DNA from: Neophaeotheca triangularis
Lineage: Eukaryota
Direction of reading: 5' to 3'
NCBI GenBank assembly: GCA_054600435.1
Contig: BAAIJX010000019.1
Coordinates: 186,001 to 250,000 of the forward strand
DNA length: 64,000 nucleotides
Below the pieces are notes generated by a model. The model had not been told where the DNA came from and did not search any database. It worked only from the letters and a program-made list of their open reading frames with translations. Below are positions 38,601-50,412 of the stretch, piece after piece; within the stretch, counting starts at the first letter, position 1, and each line of letters opens with the position of its first letter. Both the position numbers and the translations under genes were made by a program.

Positions 38601-41295
38601 AGGTTGTAGTGACGCAACTATACCTGTCGAATGTAAGTACTCGTTTTCTCTAATCCACTATAGGATTATGTCGTTCTAACTAAGGAGTGCCTAGAACAAC
38701 GTCATGTCTAGCTATAGGTATAACGTCTAGGATAATTCGCTCGTGATGCTTTTAGAAGATAAGTAGTAGCGGTACTGTTTCGCTATCTACGTTAGGTAGT
38801 GATGAGCCGTCTACAGCTATCAGTTCGTACCCGCTATCTGTTTTCTTCTAGGTAGCTAGCCTATACTAATATACGAATGTTTCCGAGATAAAGTTTCCGC
38901 TAGCTCTAGAATCTATTATGGTAAAGGTTTCATATCTGTCGACAGTACATGTTATTTAGAAGACCGTTCCTAATACTATTTCGTGTTAAGCATTTGTGCT
39001 GTTTAGTTCCTAATGCTCGCTCTTAGTAACAGGTCCTATTCGTTTTTTGAGAAGTAGGTAGATGAATCTGCTATTTCAAGAGAGACTTCCTAGTAAAGGG
39101 GTCCGTCTCGAGGTTTGATCATAACTTTTCCTTAGATTACGTGTGTAGTGATAGGTCCTCGTGTAGTTGCTTTAATGTGTCCGAGAATCATTCTCTAGTC
39201 GACTAGTAGTAGAAATCTTTCGTATAGTACTATCGTCTATTAGTCTAAGGAATCCTGTACTTGTTTCTTCATTTCTTGAAGCGTGATTTCTTCTTCTCTC
39301 TATTGCTCCTAGATGAGCTAGAATTCTCTATAATGATTCTTGACTATCTTAACTTGTTGTCTCATCGTGTATAGGATTCGTATCCTATCTAGCGTAATGT
39401 AGCCATTTTCTCTATAGAAGGTACTTCCTATTAGTGGCCTATCCTAGACAAAGGTAGCGGTGTCATACTCGACAGCGACCTTTTAGTAGTCCTAGAACAT
39501 TACTCGTAGTCGTATAAGTATAGCTTTAAACTGGTTAGGTTCCAAGCATCGTTTACCTTAGATCCTTGGGAACACTTCTTCGTACGATTATACGATATAG
39601 GTAACCATTTTCTTGATTAGTGCGGGTCCTTCTACAATGAACTCTAAGGTATCGTTGTCGTCGGGTTCTTCGTCGTTAGTATATTCGTATTCGGAGTCAT
39701 CTTCGGAATCTATCACTATTATGTCTTCTTAAGATTCTGGAATTTCTAGAGGCATCGATAGTCTTAAGGGGCTAATCTCTAGTATTAGTACGATCATAGT
39801 AAGTTCTAGTGTCTAAGATATTTCTTCGTTGTCTAAGTCGGGTGTTAGTAGTACTATTATTAGTAATAGTACTTAGTTTTCTTACAGTTTGTCGTCCTCC
39901 TATACAAATAGAGGTAGGGACCTTCCTTAAGCTACATTGCTATCGTCCCTTAACTACTATAGTGGTTAGCGTCTTGACATCATGTTGAGTTCCTTCTAAG
40001 GTTTACGTAGTTGTTTAAGTTCCTCCTCTACTTTAGCCTTAATCCTATGATTCAGGTTTGCTATCTGATTAGCTACTTAGATCATAAGGTTAAAGTGTTC
40101 TTTAGTCTACTCCTCATAACTAACTAAGTCATTATGAAACTCCCTAAGCTTCTAGTATTGCTCGATTAGCGTATCCGTTCCGGACTTTAGGGTAACTCGT
40201 TCGTTAACGTTCACTTCCTTCCGAGGTCTAATAGGTATTCCGTTAGTCACTAGTCCCTGACTTTTATGTACTAAACAGTAATCCCTCTTATAAAACCTCT
40301 AGTGAAGTTCGTCGTACTCTAGTTCTTTATAGGTTCTAGTGATGTCGTAAGCTCTATAGCTCTTATCGGTAGGAGAGTCGTTATCCTATCAGGTCAAAAT
40401 CGCATTAACCTCCTAGTGTGGGCGCATCTGTTTCCTATAGTAGTCTCGTATATAGTGCCCTATCTTATAGTAGTTATAGCATTCCGGTCCGTTCCGTTTC
40501 TTGCCTAGGGCGTTCTGTTTACCCTATCCTCTATCCCTACCCTTTCTAGGATACTATTACATAGAGTCGAGTTCTATCGCATCAGGATCGCGACGTTGCT
40601 AACCGACAGGCTAGCTGCTAGTAGTATAGCTAGTTCGTCTACGAAATTGTCTAGTGTGGCGTTTTTCCATAAACCGTTCGTAGAGCGCGTCGTCAACTTC
40701 GATCGCCGATTTGATCATTCCGGGGAGAGTTAACTAATCGCCTCCGTAGCGCATGAGTTCGTCCTTCATGTTGTCCTTAAGTCCTCGGTAGTACATGGTT
40801 ATGAGAGCGTTATCGTCCTAGTTAGTCTTAGCTAAGTGCTCCTAAAACTTAGTGGTATACTAAGAGGTAGACGTTTTCTATGTGAGGTACTGAATCATTT
40901 AGATAGCAACTTGTCGATCGTTGCTCAATCTATAGACGTTACGGATAACCTTAACAAAAGACTTCTAGTTCGAGAATAGTCCTTTAGGGTCGATTCGTTC
41001 TATGAGGAAATCCGTAAGCTTAGGGCGGATCTAGTGTTAAGCTTCTCCTCGAAGGAAAGAAGTAGTAGTAAGAGGTTGCTTCTACTTACTAACGCTCTCT
41101 ATGAGAAAGAACATTATTATCTAGTTAACCTAGTCATCTAGCTTATTGCGTTCGCCGTAGAAGTAGTCCGGTTTGGTAACCTTATTAGTTGTTATAGTCG
41201 ATACTCCTCGTTAAGTGCTAGCGACACTTACGTCTTAGTTATCAGATAGGGACATACTTACCTATTAATCTCTCTTTCCTAGAGGATATTCAAAG

Positions 41296-41714
41296 TGTTA
41301 CGATCCTATAAGGTAGTCTTACGGGTAGAGCTCGTAGCGGAAGAGGAGAGATATCGAAGAAGGCTAGCAAGGGTGTTTCCTTTATCGTAAGGATTTTAAA
41401 GATACATGAAGTGTCGCTATAGACCTTTTAGTAAGATTATAACATAAGTTGAACACAAATCTCTACCTAGGAAACATCGCTAGCTATATACATAGGAGAT
41501 TCGTGTTAGATCAGTCCTTAACTAATCTATCGTACTTAGGATCAGACTAATCCTAAGTGCCCTAGCTTAGACTTAGTCTAAGTCTAAGCGAGCATGCTTA
41601 GTTGAAGTCTAAGCGAACGTCTTAGCTAGTTCTGAGATCACGTGACTAGTAAGCTTTAGGGTTAGACCCTAGCTTAGACTAGGGATTCTAGTTCTACTCA
41701 GCTTAGCCGTAACA
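41296..41714 (-). repeat. Chromovirus 5' LTR
   Basis: Followed on the minus strand by CTTTGAA rather than a TGG tRNA primer-binding site. Confidence 0.95.
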
Positions 41715-43428
41715 CTTAGCGATAGGGCTGTCCCTAGAGCCGGTCCTAACGTATACTAGTAACGAAAACCGAGGATCTACCTATATAGTAGGGTTACTCC
41801 CGGTATAGGGCCTAACGCCTATAAGCGATAAAGATAGAGCTTCGACTCCTTCTAATAGGGAGGGGGAACCTACTAACGATAATGTGCTCGACTCTACCTA
41901 CTCTAAGCACTCGTAAAATGTCGCCTACTAGCTCACGACTATACGAAGGCCTATAGACCTATCTAAATCGGAGTTCTAGGCATTTAAGCGATAAGCGATA
42001 TGATTCCTAGTCTATAGTAACTAACTGTTTCGCTACATGAATAGGAACTAGCTATTAACTCGCGTAGTAGATAGAGAGTAGAACTAACTACAGATAATAA
42101 AGGAACTTCATAATAAGGGTAGTTACTATAGAAGAGAAGGGACATACTAGAAAGTAGTAGATAGGTACTAGTAGGAAGGCATATATAATACTGTCACAGT
42201 ATATGTCAAGACCTACTAGGAGTATTAGCTACGCGCATAGAACTGATTAGAAGAACCGCTACACCCTACCTACATAAACGTAGTAGGTAGGAAGTAGGCC
42301 GTCGACCTAGTACGAATACCGGAATCCCGTACTTTCTAGTACATTGCTCTTACCCGGGAAGACATATCTAGCTAGGTAGAAGGCCGACTACTACGTAATA
42401 CCGAGAGCTGTAGGCTAGCTCGCTTCCTTTACGAGGATATCATGACTAGACATAGAGTGTTCAGGAAACTAGTCCATGATAGAGGCCTAGAGAACTAAGG
42501 GTAGACTACTATCCTACTCGAAGGATATAGTATCCAAGACATTACGATCTCGCCATATTACCTATAAGCTAATAGTATAGTGGAACGAGGCTACCTAACT
42601 ATCGTTAACGCGTTAGCTAAAGCGAGTCGAGATACTAGACGACTATGGCTAGACCTACTCTATAGCGCGCTCTAGGCTAATAGGACTACTATACGAGCTA
42701 CTACTAGTATGACTCTAGTAGCTATAATCTATAGTAAGGAGCCTATCCTACTAGTAGAGTTGTTATTCCCGACCTAGTATAACATTAACTAGAACGGCGT
42801 TTAAACGACGGAAGACCTACTAGTAGCGTAGATAAAGTAGCTCGAATATTAGGATAAGAAGATAGACGAAGCCCTTCTATGCTTACGATGCCACTACGAG
42901 TTTAATAAGGAGTACTTTAATGAGACTTACTAGATAAGGCCGGAAGAATTAACTGTCGGTGATCTAGTGTTGCTCTTCGACTCGGTACGTAATACTAATA
43001 TAACGGCGAACCGTAAATTCTCCCCTCGCTAGCTCGGTCTATATCGCATTAAAACGGTCTAGGAGAATATAGGCTTATACCGACTCGAGGAGCTTGACAG
43101 GACAGTACTAGATAAGCCGTATACTAGTTAACTATTGAAATTGTTCTATCTAAGACCTAATACACTCGCGAGATAGGACGAAGACGACGTAGACGACATA
43201 GAGGAGTAGGACTCGATGTATAGGGGTAACGCGTCTAACCCTAAGGACATTATCCCGGCTATATAGGAAAGGCCTCGTAGGAGCTAGCGGTTATAACTAA
43301 CTACCGATACTACGCTAGTACCGAGACGGAGTAGTACTAGTTTCGTCTCGATTCCTAGTATTTAGTACGACCTAATAGAGTATGAGCAATTTAGTGACCT
43401 AGAGTCTAATGAAGATTAGTGTGGCCAC

Positions 43429-43692
43429 ATTATTCGTAACCGTTATGAACAATACTAGGCCCGACACCGCGCCTTCTCACAACATCTTAGTAATACTAAC
43501 GAGGCTCGTCACATTATTCATAACTGTTATGAATAATGCTAGGCCTAACACCGCGAATCCTACCTATAGTGTTATCGCTATAGCCGCGTTATATTGTTCA
43601 TATCCGTTATGAACAATGTTACCCGTTACCTCATGACACCTTAGTAGTATACGCTGAGCTTATTACATTGTTCGTAACCGTTACGAATAATG
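43429..43692 (+). repeat. Array of 4 palindromes downstream of integrase, copy A
   Basis: Same array as 26615-27010, lacking two units (~131 bp). Confidence 0.85.
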
Positions 43693-43984
43693 CCTTTACC
43701 TCTATAACACTTTAGTATTACATGCCGTATGTCGGCTAATAATGTGTAGTCACTACTCGTATCACTAGCGTATAAGTTAGTAACACATAGTCGACATATG
43801 CTCTACTAGCCGACATAGCTACCTATAAAAGAGGCCTCCTCTTCCGCTCTACTCCCTCTACCTCTCCTCTCTCTCTAATAGTAACCACTACTACTACTAT
43901 TACTCCTTCTTCTCTTTCTCACACTAAGACATCATTAACACTAACTACACTACACCTAGCTAACTAGCTGTTGTTAGCACTACT

Positions 43985-46900
43985 ATGAGAACCTTCGAGT
44001 AGTTTAGCTTCACTTCTAGACAAGCCTTGAAGTAGCTACTCCCTCCGACCTTTACGACCTCTTTAACCTTATCGATACCTCTAGTACCTACTACTCCGAC
44101 ACCTCCGTCCTTTAGTACCTATACCTACTTCCTTACTTCACATTCTCCTAAACCTATGACTTTACTAACACCTTTTCACTTTAACACTAACACTAATACT
44201 GACACTAACACTAACACCTAACATATCTCTATGACATACTAAGTAACTAACTCTACTTTTCTTCTTCTCCTTACTTTCACATCTCTCTCTCTCTCTTTCC
44301 TATAGTTAAGATCAAGATTACTAACTATAGTACCTAAGTAGTCTACCCTAAAGCGCCTACATACGGGTTCCTAAGCTAGCTCCGGATTAGGTAGTTCGAA
44401 TGAACCTATAGCTCCTAAAAGCCTATACCTTACTTATAGTAGCTAGGCCACTATACGCCCTACCGCTACCTTAGCTATGCCTATAACTATGACCGCGACT
44501 ACGTCCGCGCCTAACACTACTATAGTAGTAAGGTCTACTAATATGAGTATCTACCGAAACTAGGGAGTAACTAACGACTAGGGAGCTCCTATACTCGACA
44601 TGTAGCGATATACCTTAAGCTTTTCTAGTATATAGCTTGAAAACACTATAAAGGAGATACTATAAAAGATCACTACGATGACTAACCTACACGCCCGAGA
44701 CGCTACATAGCTCGCTATACTTAAGATAGTATATGAAGCTAGCGAAGACTAGGACATGTTAGTATACATAGTAGATAACTATGCACGAAGCGACCCTACG
44801 TAGGCCCTAAAAAGAGCTAAGTTTAGGAAGATTAAAGACATGGCTACCTATAGCCGTCGCGACCCGCGTATTACTCGAAAGGAGAACTTCCTCTCTTCGT
44901 GCGGGCTAGTTAATACTACCGAAGCCGTCGCTTCGGAAACCATTAACTACATCTTTATAGCTCCGGAGAATGTGTCCTAGGGATTCATCGATCTCGCTAA
45001 ATATGCCTAGGTATCCGAGTAGACGTTCTAGAAGCTACGTGCTACCGCTAGTATCTAGCTCATATATAGGCTTGTTAAGGAAACTCCTATAGGTTAACCG
45101 ACTAGTAGGAAAGGGAAACCACTCTATACGTTCTTCTACACTAAGGCCGACTTTAATCATGTAGTAGGTATAGACTAGATATCTAAGTTTACGACTAAGT
45201 ATACTACCGACGAGCTATAGGATATAGTGGGGGAACTAATCGAAAAATACAAAAAGATGTGCCCGAATAATCGCGTCCTATACTGAGGACAGGATAGCTA
45301 GCTCTCTTTCCTTACCCGTCCTATAGCCCTAACGACACCTAAAGCCCTAGAGACCCCACGATAAGAAGGGCGCTTCGTTAGCACTATCTCCCTAAGCCCT
45401 ATAGGGTAGCTACGATCTCGAAACACTAGTATGCTACTAATGCCTACGATTAAGGAAGATATAGCATCTCTAGTGTCTATGTTAGAGGAGCTTCGTCGCT
45501 AGCTCTAGGGGTATTACTAGCTAACTTAGTCCTTACCTATGCCTATGTCTACTACCTTAGCCCTTCGTACTCGTACTTATACCCGGTCTACTAGTATAGG
45601 AATGTTAGCTACGCCCCTAGGTATAGCCCTAATATAGGTAGTATAAGGACTATAGCTTAGCGAGTTGCCCTCTCTAAAGCCGGAAGAGATCCGAGTAGTC
45701 ATAGAGGCCTAGTTTACTAGTAATACTACATGCGGTAGTCTACGCGGCGGCCGATGTATATGTGAGGTAGATAAGATAGCCCTACTATGGTTACGGGTTA
45801 TGCTTAGAGCCGATAACGACTAGCGAACCGGTTTCCGCATTACTATAGAAGATAGGGATCGCATAGAGTTATGTACTAGCTATAGTACCTACTACTATGG
45901 CGTGTATACGACCTACTAGAGACTAGTAGCGTAGAGTCTTGGGCTAGTTATCTAAGGGAAAGATGCGAAGACGACTAATAACTACATCTTCTACATCATA
46001 AAACTCCTAAAGCAATCCTAGAAAAACGTCGTTTATAGTAGTATCTACTAGTTTCTAAACACCGAAGTCTAATGCCTACTAGGGATCTCGGCTAATGTTA
46101 ATGACCTAGAGACTTTCGCGTATAAACTAGTTAAGTCCGGCGTGATACGCTACCTCGATAATAACTAGAAAGCGAGGATTGTAGAAGGACTTAGCATCAT
46201 AGTCGCCTAGTATAGAGAATGGGAAAGGAACGGTACTATTAACATTCCGGATTTATTCCCTAAGCTACTAGAGGTCGAGGATCTAATTAAAAGCGAGTTT
46301 AGCATGTATAACGTCTACCTACAAAACAACATGTCTAACCGGGGCTAGTATAGGAACATGTACTATAGCCTGATTTAACAGTACCTTCGCTAGAGCCTAG
46401 TACTAATCCTACTATATGCTCTCTTATACGATAACGGCCTACTTTAGCTAGTGTCCTACCCATATTACACTAAGAACTAGCACCCTAGGGACTCTACTAG
46501 ATTTAGGTATATCGATCTAAACCTAGTGTTTACATAGAATAATAGTACTAGCGTGTACACTATTTAGGGTAGCGTTAGTATCCTTAATGAGTTTAAGGAT
46601 AACTATACTATAGTGGTTAAGGGAATGTACTAGCGCCTAGAGGAGTAGACGAACTTCCTCGTCGCTAATAACCTAGACTATAAGAAAGAGATTATAGCTG
46701 TCGACGACGCGAACCTACCGAAAGACTAGCTCTTAGCCCGGGGTTTAAAATGGTAGCTAGTCCCTTATAAGGCCTTCGAAGTTCGTATTTCTAACCTACG
46801 CCTACCCTATAGCACTACTACGTCAAAAGCCGTTCGCTAACGCATAACCATCCTACCCTAGTTCGTAGGAATCGACTAAGACCATGAGTACCTTTAGAAT

Positions 46901-47416
46901 ACTACTAGTAGAAAGTGGAGCGACATTACTACTACATACCGCGACTTCGTGCCTAGCCCGTTAAGTGTCTCTAGTTACACTACTAAGTATAGAGCTCCTT
47001 ATGTACTATTTCCCGCGACCCTATATCTAGCGATATAGGATGTATTGTCTAGAGTAGCTGTCAGCGAATTGCGGTATACGAGCCCTAACGTCTAGCTAGC
47101 TCTATGTACTATTACTATAGCTAGCCCGTATCGTATCTAGGAGTATATTCGGGGAGTCCGTTAAGACGCTACTAAGGCGTACGAGCGAGCCTAGAGACAT
47201 TAGCGAGACGAAGAGAAGAGGGTGTATTAGAATAAGTCGTTCTACTATTCGGAAAGTTCTAGCTCTACTCTACTACCGTAGGATAAAGGAAAGAGGGGCA
47301 TAATACTAGTAGGATAAGAGGAGCTTGTAGAGGAAATGTAGATTAAGGAGAACTCGATAGTAGTTTAGGGTAGCGCGGTTGCCACGGAGTAGCGAGACTT
47401 TCTAGCTAGGGAGGGA
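43985..47416 (+). pseudogene. ORF3 of copy A: >1000-codon protein with a C-terminal probable 2OG-Fe(II) dioxygenase (PhyH-like) domain, RIP-disrupted
   Basis: One frame from 44342 to the 3' LTR with only RIP-revertible stops. Two-copy de-RIPed consensus: SYPYYTK..GDSTGFRHIDLN (46508-46516)..IQGSVSILDEFEDDCT.VVKGMH..VPCKAFEVRISNPRLPHG (46808)..R (46841) ITILPWFVG. In-frame ATGs at 43985 and 44231; probable intron 44243-44341. True start and stop are uncertain. Confidence 0.75.
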
Positions 47417-47776
47417 TGTCGTAGTAACTCCTATACTACATTTATAGGTGTGCTAGTTTTACGGTATTTACTTTGTTATCACCCCTTCATATACTTACGC
47501 CTCCCCTTACACTAGCACTTATATCTTAGACCTACCTACCTACCTAGACAGACATATATAGAATGAATTACGACTACTTAAATTAGCCTCTATACACTAT
47601 GACTAACCTAACTAATCTCTAACCCCTAACGCATTATTCGTAACCGTTACGAACAATCCCTAATTCTCGACTACACCTAATTCCTAATCCCGCTACATTA
47701 TCTATAACCGTTATAAATAATACCTCCCCGAGTAAAACTAGTCTCCCGGCTTCTCGAGTACTCTCGCCGTTCGATA
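47417..47776 (+). repeat. Gypsy copy A 3' LTR
   Basis: 360 bp; terminal CA changed to TA by RIP; preceded by AGGGAGGGA. Confidence 0.95.
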
Positions 47777-47780
47777 GTAG

Positions 47781-50029
47781 GGGAACTAATCGAAAAATAT
47801 AAAAAGATATACCTAAATGATCGTGTCCTATACTAAGGATAGGATAGCTAGCTCTCTTTCCTTACCCGTCCTATAGCCCTAACGATACCTAAAGCCCTAG
47901 AGACCTTATGACGAGAAGGGCGCTTCGTTAGCACTATCTCCCTAAGCCCTATAGGGTAGCCGCGATCTCGAAACACTAGTATATCACTAATGCCTACGAT
48001 TGAGGAGGATATAGTATCTCTAGTGTCTATGTTAGAGGAGCTTCGTCGCTAGCTCTAGGGGTATTACTAGCTAACGTAGCCCTCGCCTATACCTATATCT
48101 ACTACCTTAGCCCTTCGTACTCATACTTATACCTAGTCCGCTAGTGTAGGAACGTTAGCTCTACCCCTAGGCATGTTAGCTCTACCCCCGGGCATGTTAG
48201 CTACGCCCCTAGGCATGTTAGCTATACCCCTAGGTATAGCCCTAATGTAGGTAGTATAAGGACTACGGCTTAGCGAGTTGCCCTCTCCGAAGCTAGAAGA
48301 GATCCGAGTAGTCATAGAGGCCTAGTTTACTAGTAATACTATATATAGTAGTCTATATGGCGGCCGATATACATATGAGGTAGATAAGATAGCCCTACTA
48401 TAGTTATAGGTCATGCTTAGAGCTAATAACGACTAGCGAACCGGTTTCCGTATTACCGTAGAAGATAGGGATCGTATAGAGCTATATACTAGCTATAGTA
48501 CTTACTACTATAGTATGTACGCGACCTATTAGAGGCTAGTAGCATAGAGTCTTAGGCTAGTTATCTAAGGGAAAGATGCGAAGACGACCGATAACTACAT
48601 CTTCTATATCGCGAAACTCCTAAAGCAATCCTAGAAAAACGTCGTTCGTAGTAGTATCTACTGGTTTCTAAACACTAAAGTCTAATGCCTACTAGGGATC
48701 TCGGCCGATGTTAATGACCTAGAGACTTTTATATATAAACTAGTTAAGTCTAGCGTGATATACTACCTCGACAATAACTAGAAAGCGAGGATTACGGAAG
48801 GACTCGGCATCACAGTCGCCTAGTATAGAGAATGGGAAAGGAATAGTACTATTAACATTCTAGATTTATTCCTTAAGCTACTAGAGGTCGAGGACCTAAT
48901 CAAAAGCGAGTTCAGTATGTATAACGCCTACCTATAAAACAACATGTCTAATTAGGGCTAGTATAGGAACATATACTATAGCCTGATTTAATAGTACCTT
49001 CGCTAGAGCCTAGTACTAATCCTACTATATACTCTCTTATACGATAACGGCCTACTTTAGCTAGTGTCCTACCCATATTATACTAAGAACTAGTACCCTA
49101 GGGACTCTACTAGATTTAGGCACATTAATCTAAACCCGGTGTTTACATAGAACAACGGTACTAGCGTGTACACTATTTAGGGTAGCGTTAGTATCCTTAA
49201 TGAGTTTAAGGACGACTATACTATAGTGGTTAAGGGAATGTACTAGCGCCTAGAGGAGTAGACGAACTTCCTCGTCGCTAACAACCTAGACTATAAGAAA
49301 GAGATTATGGCTATCGACGACACGAACCTACTAAAAGACTAGCTCTTAGCCTAGGGTTTAAAATAGTAGCTAGTCCCTTATAAGGCCTTCGAAGTTCGCA
49401 TTTCTAACCTATACCTACCCTATAGCACTACTATGTCAAAAGCCGTTCGCTAACGTATAACCGTCCTACCCTAGTTCGTAGGAATCGACCGAGACTATAA
49501 GTACCTTTAGAATACTACTAGTAGAAAGTGGAGTGACATTACTACTACACACTACAACTTCGTGCCTAGCCCGTTAAGTACCTCTAGTTATACTACTAAG
49601 TATAGAGCTCCTTATGCACTATTTCCTACGACCCTACATCTAGCGACATAGGATGTATTGTCTAGAGTAGCCGTTAGCGAATTGCGGTATACGAGCCCTA
49701 ACGTCTAGTAAGCTCTACGTACTATTACTATAGCTAGCCCGTATTATATCTAGGAGTATATTTAGGGAGTCTATCAAGATGCTACTAAGGCATATAAGCG
49801 AGCCTAGAGACATTAGCGAGACGAAGAGAAGAGGGTATATTAGAATAAGTCGTTCTACTATTCGGAAAGTTCTAGCTCCGCTCTACTACTATAGGATGAA
49901 GGAAAGAGGGGCGTAGTACTAGTAGGATAGGAGGAGCTTATAGAGGAAATATAGATTAAGGAGAACTCGATAGTAGTTTAGGGTAGCGCGGTTGCCATAG
50001 AGTAGCAAGACTTTCTAGCTAGAGAGGGA
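47781..50029 (+). pseudogene. ORF3 of copy B, C-terminal part including the dioxygenase-like domain
   Basis: Colinear with 45231-47416. Keeps the His codon CAC of HxD at 49121-49123. Has a 63-bp in-frame repeat expansion at 48152-48235. Confidence 0.75.
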
Positions 50030-50412
50030 TGTCGTAGTGACTCCTATACTACATTTATAGGCATATGGGTTTTACGGTATTTACTTTGTCATCACCCCTT
50101 TATATACTTATACCTCCCCCTACACTAGTACTTATATCTTAAACCTACCTACTACTTAGATAGACATACATAGAATGAATTACGACTACTTGAATTAGCC
50201 TCTATACACTATAACCGACCTAACTAATTTCTGACCCCTAACCTATTATTCGTAACCGTTACGAACAATCCCTAATTCTCGACTACACCCGATCCCTAAC
50301 TCTTAACTATACCTGATTCCTAATCCTACTACATTATTTATAACCGTTATGAACAATACCTCCCTAAGTAAAACTAGTCTCCCGGCTTCTTAAGTGCTCT
50401 CGCTACTCGATA
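50030..50412 (+). repeat. Gypsy copy B 3' LTR
   Basis: 383 bp with the same 23-bp duplication as 18648-19030. Confidence 0.95.

Larger units (their letters stand above)
34573..41714 (-). mobile_element. Chromovirus-type Ty3/Gypsy retrotransposon (CfT-1/Skippy-like organisation), 7142 bp; innermost element
   Basis: 419-bp LTRs 34573-34991 and 41296-41714; 5-bp TSD CTTAG 34568-34572 and 41715-41719. Minus strand: gag knuckle CYNCHKMGHYARDC ~40440-40485 (de-RIPed), protease IDSGASGNFIS ~38885-38920, RT YIDD 37849-37860, chromodomain YEVEKILDKDGQNYLVKWKGY ~35715-35780, polypurine tract GAAAGGGGGATAG next to the 3' LTR. Confidence 0.95.
28551..47776 (+). mobile_element. Ty3/Gypsy LTR retrotransposon with extra ORF3, copy A (12079 bp without insert), inserted in ORF3 of copy B
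   Basis: 360-bp LTRs 28551-28910 and 47417-47776; 4-bp TSD GTAG 28547-28550 and 47777-47780 (GTGG at the empty site ~45227-45230). RT YVDD 33582-33593. Colinear with copy B throughout. Confidence 0.95.
18648..50412 (+). mobile_element. Ty3/Gypsy LTR retrotransposon with extra ORF3, copy B (12171 bp without inserts), inserted between Copia gag and protease
   Basis: 383-bp LTRs 18648-19030 and 50030-50412; 4-bp TSD GTAA 18644-18647 and 50413-50416. Gag Zn knuckle ~20865-20900, protease LLDSG ~21860, RT YVDD 23621-23632, RNase H ~24120, integrase ~24900-26340. Purine tract AGAGAGGGA before the 3' LTR. No chromodomain seen. Confidence 0.95.

Noticed and set aside
43985..47416. ORF3 as an envelope gene
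   Set aside because: It is in the env position, but I saw no signal peptide or clear transmembrane segment after reverting RIP. The motifs point to a metal-binding enzyme.
18648..50412. Copies A and B as an assembly duplication
   Set aside because: They have independent RIP patterns, distinct indels, separately matched LTR pairs and proper TSDs.
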